From contig JAVECL010000040.1 in the NCBI GenBank assembly GCA_051942245.1, positions 1 through 64,000 on the forward strand: a stretch of DNA of 64,000 nucleotides, given 5' to 3'. Each line of letters starts with the position of its first letter. The stretch's first letter is position 1. The notes beneath the pieces are model-generated. The model did not search any database and was not told where the DNA came from. It worked only from the letters and a program-made list of their open reading frames with translations. Of this stretch, positions 52,572 to 64,000 are shown piece after piece. The position numbers were made by a program, and so were the translations under genes. Origin of the DNA: Trypethelium eluteriae. Lineage: Eukaryota.

Positions 52572-53007
52572 CTACCCTCTCCATACACCTAATCCGGTTA
52601 GCGGTATTGGAGTGCTGTCTCAGCCAAATTATGCCTGGGCTATGCCCGGGTCAACTGCGCATACGCCCGCACTACTACAGCTTGTACTCTAGTCAACCGT
52701 GCTTAGTCATACTCAACTGCGCTCCATCTTCCTAATAGGGGGCTTAAATTTTATCTAAACCTGGGTAACTATGCTTAGAATCTATTAAGACCTACCTTAT
52801 GTCCCAAATTTAGGAACTATCTACATTAATAAGATTGGGCCGAACCCAATAAGCCGAACTCCGGCCAACATCTGATCTTAGGAGTTGATTGACATTAGCG
52901 GTTAGAGGTCGGCGCTGCGAGGTTTTACACTTTAAGCTTACGAAAATTTAGAAGATCTTTAGCGCAGCAAAGCTTTCAACTCATAAGCAAGTCAAGAAAA
53001 ATTATTC

Positions 53008-53015
53008 AAAAAAAA
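53008..53015 (-). terminator. Oligo-dT Pol III-type terminator after the tRNA
   Basis: Eight T residues on the minus strand immediately 3' of the acceptor stem. Confidence 0.75.
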
Positions 53016-53133
53016 GCCCGATGCGGGTAACCCGCAACCTTGGGATTAAGAGTCCCACGCTCTACCGATTGCTATTTAGAGTTAGTTTTATAACTTCAAA
53101 TACAACTATCGAGTAACTTACAGCTAACCGGGC
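53016..53133 (-). tRNA. tRNA-Lys(CTT) gene or pseudogene interrupted by a 50-nt GT-AG intron (53072-53121), with truncated T-loop
   Basis: Joined sequence GCCCGGTTAGCT|CAATCGGTAGAGCGTGGGACTCTTAATCCCAAGGTTGCGGGTTACCCGCATCGGGC folds into acceptor, D, anticodon (CTT) and T stems. Confidence 0.9.
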
Positions 53134-54256
53134 GCAATGAAGAACCGTTTTTTCATAGTAAATATATATACAAAGTTCAATCTCGCACTTGTCCTTATAC
53201 CTGTAGTTCTATCTGGGCTGTTGAGGACTATAGTCATCTCTAGAATTGAGAAGGTAAAGTCCTTGCTGACATTACTACATATACCTGATCAGGCATATAA
53301 CCCCGGCGATAAGGCTGAGCCAATGGCTGAGAGACTACCGAATCCGGATCTGAGGGCCCTATACATGATCTCAGGTTTGCAATGGTTGCCCATTTGTCGG
53401 GTCTCTTGGCAGTATATAATGGTTAAGAGGGAAGTGGTAATATCCAGTCTTATCGCCCCTTTCACTTGTCTAGGGTGAACGTCTGCGTCTACAGTAGTAC
53501 TTGCCCGCTCTCATTTCCTCTCTGCTCCAAACCCTTTGCCTCGAGCAGCGACTATATCGAGCAGAGCTCCTGATGCCGAGCACAGCCTGGTCCAGCACCT
53601 ACTCATGCGAAAACCGAATCCTGAAGCTACTGTGCGGTCCAAAAGTAGAACGAACAGCATCGACCAGGTATGGCTTAGGCCATCCAGAACCGCAAAGTTG
53701 GAAGACTTCGACTGCGCCAGCTAAATGAAGTATTGCGACGGTCTTTTCTGTGAGATGCTCAAACATACCATCGAAGCGATGAAGTTTCCCCACCTTAAAA
53801 AGAATAAAATCAGATTTGCGGATGGAGATGCTCCAGAGAAGCACTGTATATCGCAGTGGACACATCTAATCGTAACAACTGCGCTATCCCATGCTCAATG
53901 TCAGTCCAACGGCCACGAGCTTCGACCGCCATCCGTCGGCATGGTCGCAGATGGTAACGCCAAGAGACTCTGTGGAAACAAGCCAGACTGAAGGTACCAT
54001 ATGGAAATTGTGCGAAGCGATTTCGAGAGCGAGATCTCCATGCGAAAAGTCATCCGTGGATGGCTCGCTCTAAGGTGCGACATCGATCGGTAAATCCGTC
54101 AAGTCCAGAAATTGACTACGGAGGGAACGCACTCCGATGAACAACCAGTTCTTCCGTGCTTTGATTTTCTGGAGACTTGAGGTGCCTGCCTGGGCATCCA
54201 AGCCAAGGACGAGTTCCCATGCAATTCCGTATTAGCTCTGATCCTAGGTCACGCAA

Positions 54257-55300
54257 TCATCCTCGAGGTGTCATTGCAAGCTCAATCTGGTCCTCAACGC
54301 TCACCCATCCCCTCCGTTTACTCCTCACAGCATTCGCAACGACACCTTTCCAGTCCTTCCACCAAGCCTCTTCACTCTGGACAGCAAATATTCTCTCCCC
54401 TGCTTCACCACTTTCTCCGCCTGGAGCCAGAGTCGCATACGGCCACACCGCTGTTACACCTTCGTACTTCTTGTTCTCCACAAACAGGCTTGCAACGCCA
54501 TGCAAAAACTTGTTCCCTTTCGGAGGGCTTTGGACAATTATCTTGTCATGCTGCACAGGAAACTGTATTGTGACCTGCCCCCGATAGCTTATCTGCGCTA
54601 GCAGGTTCCGGATACAGCCTTCGATATACTCGGTGTTCCAATTCACGACGCGACGCGTCAGAATGAACGTTTTGACCATGGCCTTGTCGTCACAGAAACG
54701 TTCGACCACATCTCTCAGTCCATCCCCTTGGGCATTGTTCACGTTGCCTGCGCTCCGACTGCGCTTTTGCTTCCCGCCGCTTATGCTTTCATTATCCACC
54801 TGGACATAGTTCCACTGTTGTAACTGCCCCCCTCGTTGTATGAGGTAGTGCATCATATTGACCGAAATATCAAAGTCTTTCGACAAGCCGTCGTCTGAGC
54901 GGCCGAGGACACGGATTCGAGGTTTTGGAGGAAGACTAGCCTGGCTTCGGAGAAAGGTTTCGAGGGCATTGGGGTCGGAACTGTAGAGAGGGTGTGTGGT
55001 GGTTATGGTTGTAGCATCGGAGGAGATGGTAGAGTCCGGAATTTGGTACTTCGACCATGGCAGATCTGGGAGGCCTGCAATGAGAGACTGCTGTAGCGAG
55101 GGGGTCGAACGGGTGGAGGAGATAGGTAGCGTCGACGGGCCGGAGTATATTGGTGGTTCATCTGTAGGTATGTCTGTCTCAATGTCCAGGGCTGCATTGC
55201 TCTGGAGTGCAGCTGGAGAACTGTGTTCTCGTTGAACGCTCGACCGGCTGGGGCCAGCTGGGTTAGGCGACGAAGAAGGCACTGGCTTTCGCTTCGACAT
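54257..55300 (-). CDS. Fungal hypothetical protein (347 aa)
   Basis: Uninterrupted ATG ORF; disordered N-terminus with PPIY, then a globular region (PKPRIRVLG, DFDI, YRGQVTIQFP, EEAWWKDW). Confidence 0.85.
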   Translation of the reverse strand: MSKRKPVPSSSPNPAGPSRSSVQREHSSPAALQSNAALDIETDIPTDEPPIYSGPSTLPISSTRSTPSLQQSLIAGLPDLPWSKYQIPDSTISSDATTITTTHPLYSSDPNALETFLRSQASLPPKPRIRVLGRSDDGLSKDFDISVNMMHYLIQRGGQLQQWNYVQVDNESISGGKQKRSRSAGNVNNAQGDGLRDVVERFCDDKAMVKTFILTRRVVNWNTEYIEGCIRNLLAQISYRGQVTIQFPVQHDKIIVQSPPKGNKFLHGVASLFVENKKYEGVTAVWPYATLAPGGESGEAGERIFAVQSEEAWWKDWKGVVANAVRSKRRGWVSVEDQIELAMTPRG

Positions 55301-56610
55301 CGTAGGTAAAGAACTGAAAGGACAACAAGTTGCGAAAGACGACTGCTGGAGGTGGGAAGCGAAACTACAGTCTACTTAACTAAGGAGCTCCTGTGAAAGA
55401 TGAGTTGAAGAGGTGCGAATGTTCGGCTACCTTTTCCAAATACTTCGATAACTTGGATATGATCTCTGCTCCCTGCAGGAGATGGCGACAGCTTGGGTAG
55501 CTAAGGTAGATATTTTGTGTAAGGCTGTAGCGAAAATGCCCCTGCGCTCGCACCTGCCTTATCCCTAATCACGTATCGTGCCAGAGCATAGCCACACTTG
55601 GCCTGCACTCAACACCCAACGCGGAAATGTGTTTCTGCTCTCGGCATGATTGGCAGGAGTAACGGGGTTGCTTGGTGGGCAGGTCGTCTGGTGCTCTCGC
55701 TCAGAATAGCGCTCATGAATCTCCAACCAATAAAGACGAAGTTCACCGAGGCCGACGTCACCGCGGTCTTTACGTATAATTGCCGCGCTTCAAAAGCAAC
55801 GAATTTCTTCCGACGGTCGTCGCGTCGTTTCAGCTATCATCCTCGAAAAAATTCGACGCCAGCTTATTGCCTTCGAAATTTGAATCGGTTCCTTATAGCC
55901 GAAAGTCACATTCCCTGTCATGAAAATGATTGTCCTCCAAAAACGATCATCACGTCGCAACCCTTCTTCGGAGCACCTCCAAATGAAGGAAGTAACATGA
56001 ACTATACCAGGCGTTCAACTCCTTGAGAATGCGAATGGATCGTTCATTGAGATTCCAAGTGAGAAGAGGCAAAGCTGATCGTGCAATGCCGGAGAGGTCC
56101 CTAAGGTAGATCCCTACATAAGTCGGAGATTGACATCAATATAACATTAGACTGTAGTTGCACGAGCCTTGAAGTCCAACGACGCAAAGTCAAGAATTTC
56201 TGTTCTCTGTCTGTGATTGAGAGCGAAAGGCAGAATCACGACTTCTTGTGCGTCGTTGCAGAAAGGATGACGCAACGTTGAAGGGAGACTTCCTGTATCG
56301 ACTCTCTGACTCAGCAGCATTCTCTGCAGGAAGCTTCGTTGATAGGATCAGCACCATCCTACTTCGCTCTGTTTTGCGGTTCATAGGGGAAGTCTGCGGA
56401 TTTTAGGGCAAGAAAGGACAGATCTGCAATGGAGTTCACCTCTATCTGGACCGCACTGTGGTTTGGGTATTGAATATTTCTCATGAAAAGCATCTATGAA
56501 TGCAGTACCTGATAGTACCTGGATGTATTGAGATATGTACACCGAAAGCAAAGTATACACATAGAAGGTGAAATATGTACATCATGCATGCACCGCAACG
56601 ACCGACTACT

Positions 56611-57828
56611 CTAACTGGTGAAAGTCGTGCCAATGTCACCCCAGCGAATGTTGGAGAAGACGACATGGGTCGTTGGATCCTGAGCCTGGATAGTCGCAGG
56701 GTTGCCGGCTGTACTGCTGCAAGGTCCTGCACTGCCACTGTCGAGCCAATTCATGAACTGACTGTTATCGTTCCAGATGCTGAAGACGAGGACCATACCG
56801 CGGCCAAGCGCCTCGCCCATAGTAGTGAGGCTGCCGAATTGGTTTGCACTGCTGTCGACCTCTGCGCACCACGTGGAGTTGATGGTGTCTCCGCTGGGAC
56901 CAGAGATGGCGCTAGGGACGGTCTTTCCGTTTTGCTGGTAGATGCGCTTGATCTCAGTGAGCGTGCCAGTGGTGGTGCCGTCGTTGGTGATGAACTGCGT
57001 GATGATGGTGAAGGGCTTTGAGGTGTCGAGGGTGCCACCTTGTGCCCAGTAGTTCTTGTACCCGAGACCATAAGCGTTGAAGCCGCAGCCACCTTTGTCG
57101 CAGTTGGAGGAGTCGGCTGCGCAAGGGTGGGGGGTAAAAGCGCTGGCGACGGAGTTGGACTCTAGGACGTCCATTTCATTGCAGCAGTAAGCTGCACCGT
57201 TGGTGTTGAGTGTGCCATTCTTGAAGGTTTCCACGGGGCACTGGGCATCGCAGTAGCCCGCGCCGTAATTAGCGGCGCCGGTGTTATATTGGTTGCGGCC
57301 TCCTGTATGATCCATCTCTGAGAGATACAGCGCTCCGTTCTCCCCGCACGGTAGGGTAGACAGATCGACGTCAAATCTGAGCTCCTGGCCAAGGAGATTC
57401 AGACTGGCGTAGTCACCATCTGAGTCCAGGAGATAGATACGAGGAGAGGATGAAGTGGTGGTGCCATCATTTTGTACGAATTGGCTCATCGTCAACGTAT
57501 CTCCTGAGGTCGTTACACCCATTGCCGTATAGTTGGCACCCTCGATGAAGCAGTTCTTGGCACAGGTGGCCTCGTCAGGACATAAGGTCGAGTTGATTGC
57601 TCCACTACTCGTAGTGCAAGAGGTATAGTCAGCAGTGTGGATCCAGCGATAAGCCCAGTCAAGGACCACTGAAGTCTGTTGCTGGACACAGCCGCCTGCT
57701 TTGGTACATTTCGAGGTCTGCAGCTGGGGGTGAACTTCAGGAGTGGAAGTGCCAGGTTGCTGCGCACAGGCAAGCTGGAGAAAAGCCAAAGCAGCAGCAG
57801 CGCGAGAAATGTGGTGTCTTGGTGCCAT
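56611..57828 (-). CDS. GH7 endoglucanase (EG I/Cel7B-like), no CBM1
   Basis: Signal peptide; [36 protein letters not shown], catalytic [17 protein letters not shown]. Confidence 0.96.
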   Translation of the reverse strand: MAPRHHISRAAAALAFLQLACAQQPGTSTPEVHPQLQTSKCTKAGGCVQQQTSVVLDWAYRWIHTADYTSCTTSSGAINSTLCPDEATCAKNCFIEGANYTAMGVTTSGDTLTMSQFVQNDGTTTSSSPRIYLLDSDGDYASLNLLGQELRFDVDLSTLPCGENGALYLSEMDHTGGRNQYNTGAANYGAGYCDAQCPVETFKNGTLNTNGAAYCCNEMDVLESNSVASAFTPHPCAADSSNCDKGGCGFNAYGLGYKNYWAQGGTLDTSKPFTIITQFITNDGTTTGTLTEIKRIYQQNGKTVPSAISGPSGDTINSTWCAEVDSSANQFGSLTTMGEALGRGMVLVFSIWNDNSQFMNWLDSGSAGPCSSTAGNPATIQAQDPTTHVVFSNIRWGDIGTTFTS

Positions 57829-60121
57829 GTTTGATGTGAAGTTCGAAAAGCTTGGAGATCCTCTTGAAGAGAGGTTCTCCAGGACATATTTATCGTGACA
57901 CCAGGTGTCTATGAAAACAAACTAAAATCGACTAACCGTTCCCTGGATAATAGCAGATGGTCTCGTGCATCTTTCTTGGCCGTTCAATAGATCTAGTTAA
58001 TATCAAGGAAGAGCATGCCGCTGCAGGGAAATCACAGAAGAGAATGGCCTCGGTCTCCATTGGACGGATATTCTGACGTTTGGATGTTTGAACGTTCTGC
58101 CAAAAGCCGACAGGAATGAAGCGGGCGCTTGAGTGCACTAGATAGATGAAGATGTAATTTAATTCTTCTCACAGCGGGGTTTTCTGGGTTTAGTGGCTGG
58201 CTAATGCTTGATTGAGAAAGATGTTTAGTGCACGTACTATACGGAGAAGCACTCTGCGACGATGATTGGACACAGAGGAGCAGAAGACAGGGTACGACGG
58301 CAACGAAAATCCGGAGTAATCTAGGCAGGGAGACGAAAGGGTCTGGAAAAGCTAAGAGACCCTGCATCATGATATAGAAACGTCGCATCTCTCGGGAGGA
58401 GGTTGCCGAACGAAACTTGTAGGGGGCCAGTGGAGCCAGCGGAGCCAGTAGGGTCTTCCACATTTACCCTGAGCCGTCATCTCCATCATCTCCATAATCA
58501 TTTGGTGCCAGCATCCTAATGAGACCTTCCTGAATGAGTCATTGAAGATCTAGATATTTGCCCTGCATCACAATTTATTGAGGCTGAAAAGAATCCCCGG
58601 TTTTTGAGAAAATTGGCACATGGGCAAAACACCCTTCAAGCTACTAGAGTACACGCACCTGGCCTCGTGATGCGTCTCTGGGGTATCGCTCCAGCTGGCA
58701 CCTTCCCTCTTGTTGCCTTGTCTTTACCAGCTAAAAAGAATACCTGTCAACGAATTTCGAGCCTTCACTTACTCAAGGCACCGCGAACCCTGAATCGTCC
58801 ATCGGTTGGCCAAATTTACACTCAGTCTTGCATGAATTTCTCAATTCTCTATTAACAGCCTCTCTAATTTAATGAATCAGGGAATATGAGCTTTCACCAT
58901 AAGTGTGAATCTTCTGTCGATGCTTACTCAAACGGTCCAGGGATCGGAAACATAAAGTTGCTGCACAGAATGATGAATGCATAAAGCTGGATATGGAGTG
59001 AATAGCATAATTATCTGCATAATACCCATATCTGGCTAGTGCGGCTCAATACATGCTAGATCAGGTTGAATGATAGCCAAGTTGGGGCTAATCTGCACCC
59101 TCTCTATCCCTGCTAGGTCTCTTACTCCTTCGCAAGTCCCGTGACAAGAGGATTACAGACTAAGCTCAATTAAGCCAATGTTGGACCATGTTGGCCCAGT
59201 TGAGGAACCCCCCAAGCGCGGTAAGGTAAGTTTCCGAACCCTACCCGAACCTAACTACTGTACTTGTTCTTGCGCAAAGTTCTCAACCCTCTATTGAGGG
59301 ACTCTATACACGTGCTGTGATCAGATCCAAAGATTCTAAGGGGAGATCGCGAATTAAGGACACACGTGTCAAAGGATGGAGTAAAGAACAAGTCAAGCCT
59401 TCATTTGCTTGAGCATCAGCAACAACGCGCCGGATGCGTCCGTAAAACAGAACCACGGGCATTAGCTTGACTAATGAGAGATGAGAGTGTGCTCCAGCTC
59501 TGGGCCTCGAGTACCAGGACTGCTGCTGTATGAGGACCTTGAGGGCCCATACTAGCGTGTCGAAAGCGTGAGTACTCTACCAGCCTATCGCACTCAGACC
59601 GCGACCGTAAGAGAAAAGATCGAAGAAAAGGCTTCGCTTCACTGGCCTCAGTAACTCAAAGGGATAGGCTCTGCAATTTCTCTGGGGATCAAGCTTCGTA
59701 GGAAATGATGAGTTCCCTACCATGCTTCGAAATTTGTGGTGAGCACCTCAACGAAAGGCTCAGACTCTGACTTCCATACAGTCAGCCTACACGCCAAACT
59801 CCTCATTCTTGCTCTATCTCATGTCTCCTTCAATCACGACAGTCCTATCAATCTTGTTCCCATGGTATCGGCGTTCTATATGGAGACTTGTCGCTAAAGT
59901 TCCAAGTCTCGACTATCCAGACGTGCAATCTACCCATCCTATGGGAAAGTGTCAGACAATATGCAAGACCCACACCACACCATTTGGCTCAACAAAATAA
60001 TGCATTGGCTACATATAAATTCAGGACACCGCAGTCTCCAAGCTTCCTTATCGAACCCTCTCACAAGAACCGAAGCCTTCGAACAAAGTCCTAGCCCTCC
60101 TCTACAAGAACTAGAACGAAA

Positions 60122-60573
60122 ATGTATTTCGGAACCCTTACAGCGCTCGTTCTGGCGGCCTCTTCAGTAGTCACTGCACTACCGCCCCTTGCTCGGACTG
60201 TCGCTACCTCTATCAAGGACCAGCGGGAATTCGTTCGCTGTATCGAAAATGACGTGGAGCGCGGATTCCTGGCCCGCTTCTCTAATGATACCATCGCAAA
60301 TGAAATTCAGGTAAGCGAGATTAACGAGGGTATCTAAAAGACAAAGCGAGAGACTGATACACTTAGGATTTCGATAACCAAACCTCTTTCTTGGCTCATG
60401 CCGTTGAAGGGGGTAAGGTCCATTATATTGCATCGGTACTTGAGCATGAGATGGTCATCCTTCACGCGGCTCGTTCAGCAGCCAAGGCAGGCAGGGAGGC
60501 TCCAAAAGAGTTGATGCCAATACTGGTGGAGATCCAGGCTCTTCTTCACGATGGTATGAACAGAAACTTATAG
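60122..60573 (+). CDS. Small secreted protein (131 aa), two exons
   Basis: Signal peptide MYFGTLTALVLAASSVVTA; intron 60311-60366 (GTAAGC...CTGAT...TTAG) joins two ORFs in frame; TATAAA at ~60014. Confidence 0.8.
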
Positions 60574-61195
60574 TCTTTTCCTTCCTTATCACTTACAGCG
60601 ATAGATAAAATCCTAGGCACTGAAGCTGGGTTGAACCGCCGCAAAATACCTCCATCTTTCCCCACTGGGATGGTAGGAGGGCTGGTTGCGACGTTGGTTG
60701 GGGTTGGACTCTTCATATTTGGAATATAAGTAGTGCTGCCCGTTGCATCACAGACACGCACAGAGGTCGGAATGGTGGCCGAGTATCGAATAGATCATTG
60801 AATAATGTATGCAGAGTATATATATTTACCTGATATAACGACTGGATAAAATTAATAATATTCAGTAAATATCCACTCGCTGCTAAGCTCCATTTGAGTA
60901 ACCAACATAGGCGTAGGGACTCTGCTGCCCTAGAACTGGAATTAGTCAGACTCATCTCTCATCCCGTGAGGCTCGTGCCTGTATTTCTGTTCTATGGATG
61001 CGTCCATCGCATTGTTGCTGGTGCTTATTAATACATTACGAAATAGTGGCCTCGGGCAGCTTCATCAAAAATACTTGAAACTAGCTCTGAATGGATAGGT
61101 GTATCGATAGACCGGAACATAAATTGGAGTCTTTTGCTAGTCAAACTCTCGCAAGTGCGTGTAGATTTTCACATTTTTCTGCTTTTCCGCTATCC

Positions 61196-62743
61196 CTACT
61201 GCTCTGACTTGACGTACTCAGCATAGTCGTTTCCCGGGCTTACAAAACCGAAGATTTCGTCCATCTGATCCATACGGAGGCCTTTGGTTTCGGGAAGAAA
61301 GAAGAATGCATAGATCGACGCACAGACGAGACAACTTGCGAAGAAGATGTAAACGCCATATCCGGCCATGCTTGTAAACATGTACGGTAGCGACTTGGTG
61401 ACAACATATGTCCACAACCAGACGCACATCGAAGCCCATGGACCAGAGATGGACCGCAGTGAGGAAGGAAAGATTTCTGCAGAGATAATCCAAGGCATTC
61501 CATTGGCACCTGCTGTCCAGATGGCTCCAAATATCATGATCGCAGCTGTAGCAGCCTTACCACCAGCAACCGTCGATGAAGACTGGGCAGCTCCAATCTT
61601 CGGCTTAGCCACGGCGATGTAAGCCGCGAGATAGTACTGACAGAGAGCGCAAGCGAAGCATGAAATGATCCAAGGCCACTTCCTACCGAGCCTGTCCAGG
61701 AACCATGTGAAGAAAATCACAGCGGCGACAGCCTTAATAATACCGTAAATCCCCGTCCATAGAGTTACATCCGTAAGTCCGATCGAGGTAAAGATAGTAG
61801 GCGAGTAGTAATTTATTGCCGAACTGCCCGACCAGGCTTGCCACACGAACAGCATGAACACAAGTCCAAAACGGTTCCGTATGCCCCTCATCAATGCTTC
61901 TTTGCCAGCACCTCGAAGGTAAGCCGTAAAGTCAGCACGGCCACCGGTCGAGAGAGCACGCTCATGTTCGATTTGACCCTTGATGTACGCGACGTCTTCG
62001 GCAACGTAATCGTGGTCGGCTGGGAGATTACGCAAGAAACTGAATACTTCCACAGCTTGTTCTTCCCTCCCCCGTTTCACCAGCCAGGTAGGGGATTCTT
62101 TCAGTAGGGGAACGAAAATAGCCATGAGGCCAGTCGGGATCATCTGAACGGCCATGGGAATCCTCCAACTCATCGATTTAGTTGGATCGATGTGATGAAC
62201 GATACCATAGTTTATCCAGAATCCGACCACTGAGCCAATCTGGTAGGACGATTCTATAAAGCCGATCAGACGGCCTCGTATTGCAGGAGGCGATATTTCA
62301 GCGATATAGATTGGAGTAACGGCGGCCAATCCACCAACACCAAGTCCCGAGAGCAGTCGGCCAGCATAGATAAGACCAAGTTGATTCTGAGCAACAGTGC
62401 AAAGAATGGCGCCGAGAATGAAAATGGCGTCTGAAATAATGACTGTGCTCTTCCGGCCGAGAAGTTCTAGGGAAAAGGACACGAAAAGGGCACCAAAAAA
62501 GCCGCCAGCTGAGTATATGCTTGTCACATTACTTGAAACGTTATTCTGCTCGGACTTGGACATATGATTGAGTCCAAAGTCGCGCACAAAGCTGGGCTGT
62601 GTGATCGTGGTACCAATAAAAGCAGTGTCGTAGCCGTACGCGAATGTACCGAGAGCGAGGATTAGCGCGAATGCATATACCTTCCAGTTGTATATTTCTT
62701 TTGGTGTCGGGCGATCCTCTTTTGCGCGGGTAAAGCTAGTCAT
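61196..62743 (-). CDS. MFS sugar-porter family, quinate permease-like transporter
   Basis: N-terminal EDRPTPKEIYNW; GYDTAFIG, YIAEISPPAIRGRL, INYYSP, FFLPETKG. Confidence 0.92.
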   Translation of the reverse strand: MTSFTRAKEDRPTPKEIYNWKVYAFALILALGTFAYGYDTAFIGTTITQPSFVRDFGLNHMSKSEQNNVSSNVTSIYSAGGFFGALFVSFSLELLGRKSTVIISDAIFILGAILCTVAQNQLGLIYAGRLLSGLGVGGLAAVTPIYIAEISPPAIRGRLIGFIESSYQIGSVVGFWINYGIVHHIDPTKSMSWRIPMAVQMIPTGLMAIFVPLLKESPTWLVKRGREEQAVEVFSFLRNLPADHDYVAEDVAYIKGQIEHERALSTGGRADFTAYLRGAGKEALMRGIRNRFGLVFMLFVWQAWSGSSAINYYSPTIFTSIGLTDVTLWTGIYGIIKAVAAVIFFTWFLDRLGRKWPWIISCFACALCQYYLAAYIAVAKPKIGAAQSSSTVAGGKAATAAIMIFGAIWTAGANGMPWIISAEIFPSSLRSISGPWASMCVWLWTYVVTKSLPYMFTSMAGYGVYIFFASCLVCASIYAFFFLPETKGLRMDQMDEIFGFVSPGNDYAEYVKSEQ

Positions 62744-64000
62744 CGTGATGGAGTTTTCGTTGAACGGCCTCGTATTGGAACTCCTCAAGCAAATGAAAGA
62801 TTAAGACAGAGCGCGGGAGCAAAGGGCTTATCCACCCTTGTTTTCATACCTTCAGAATACCAAACCACGCTATCTATCTTCGCACGGGATTCTTTCCCGA
62901 GACTTGCTCGAGTCAACCAACTTACTGCGTCCATTTTCTTGCGATGTAGACCCAATCAGAAGGTTTCTCCAAGGACCTTCAGCAGATCACACCTACACGA
63001 ATCAGCTCTAGCCAAGCTAAAGTCTTACCTTGCGGGGGATCAATAGAATTCCGTCCGCGATCTCTGGATGGCGTCCAGTATCATACAAGATTGTTAGCTC
63101 ACGACCACGAAGGATGCCGTAGACACCGGAGGGAGGAGGGCGATGCATGATGGCACGAGCCAGGATCATCTACTAGTGCGGCTACGGCCTCGCCCACCGG
63201 ATTCCGAGCTTGGCACGTTGGCTAGACTTCAGCAGACAAATTTTCAGAGCTGAATTGGACCTCGCTTTGTTCCATGAATTCTCGCAGCTGTCAACATGGG
63301 AGATGGCAATGCCGCGACCCGTACCCGGCTACTGTACTTCCTAAATCGTGACAATCTTTCACGTATGTTCTCTGCAGTCGCAACAGAATTAATCGCCTTT
63401 GGCAGCTAGATCTTCTCTGTTCCCAAGAGGCGAGCGTTTCCCGCGGATTCTCCGGACGATCGCCCACTCATGGTCTCTTTGGAACGTAAGCATGGAAGCA
63501 GAGCGAAGAGGAAAGAGAAAGGATAGCCAGCGAAAAACTAGACACATGGGAGGATATACGGAGTACAAAGGATATGAAGCGACAAAGAGCAAAGACTTTC
63601 AATAACAGACGAGGGTAAGAAGCAAGTATGGAACATGGCAAGGGGGCCTTCTCGCAATGACCAAGTCGGATCGGTGGTACAATCGATTCGGCAGAGCGAT
63701 TTATATATTTGATTCCCAGGCGAATCAAGTGACTCGTGCGACATCGTAACGTCCGCAGTATGAACCCGTATCTCCTATTGATACTGATCCTTGAACATGT
63801 GCATTGTTGGGCTCAGTATATTGTCACCTGCCCTTTTTTGGATATTATGTGGAATAGGAAGACTTCAATGACCACTTCGAGAGCCTGTAAAAGTCCCACA
63901 TACTACATTCGAAAGCGAGAAGGTGTGGATGTGGGTGTCGAAACCTTCAAAGACTTTCAGAGTACCGTGGTACTGTGATCGTGCAGGCGTAAACCAAGTG

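Noticed and set aside
53536..53991. Two contiguous same-frame ORFs with a faint ankyrin-like phrase (HSLVQHLLMRKPNPEA)
   Set aside because: A single weak match with no repeat array or start; cannot support a pseudogene call.
58423..58448. Three copies of GG(A/G)GCCAG upstream of the GH7 gene
   Set aside because: Too short to distinguish from a chance minisatellite.

Overview
Nuclear DNA of a filamentous ascomycete (Pezizomycotina), judged from short GT-AG introns with CTAAC/CTGAC branch sites and RIP-type decay of repeats. Bases 1-7509 are an AT-rich nest of dead LTR retrotransposons: a minus-strand copia element interrupted by a solo LTR and by a Ty3/gypsy element, which is itself interrupted by another LTR. 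Bases 7.5-15.5 kb are an accessory block with a secreted effector-like gene and two head-to-head HET-domain genes, one intact and one with three in-frame stops. Bases 16.5-48.3 kb are core genes: ELO-family elongase, PBS2, RPL17, NOP1, SEC63, a GT34-like protein, UTP10, NRDE-2, an auxin-efflux-carrier-like transporter and choline kinase. Bases 49-63 kb hold a GH1 beta-glucosidase, an orphan Cys-motif ORF, a tRNA-Lys gene, a hypothetical protein, a GH7 endoglucanase, a small secreted protein and a quinate-permease-like MFS transporter. The most striking observation is the tRNA-Lys(CTT) gene (53016-53133, minus strand). It is split inside its D-stem/A-box by a 50-nt insert with spliceosomal intron signals (GTAAGT...ACTAAC...TAG), and its T-loop/B-box is truncated. 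All family assignments come from motif recognition by eye; no searches were run.
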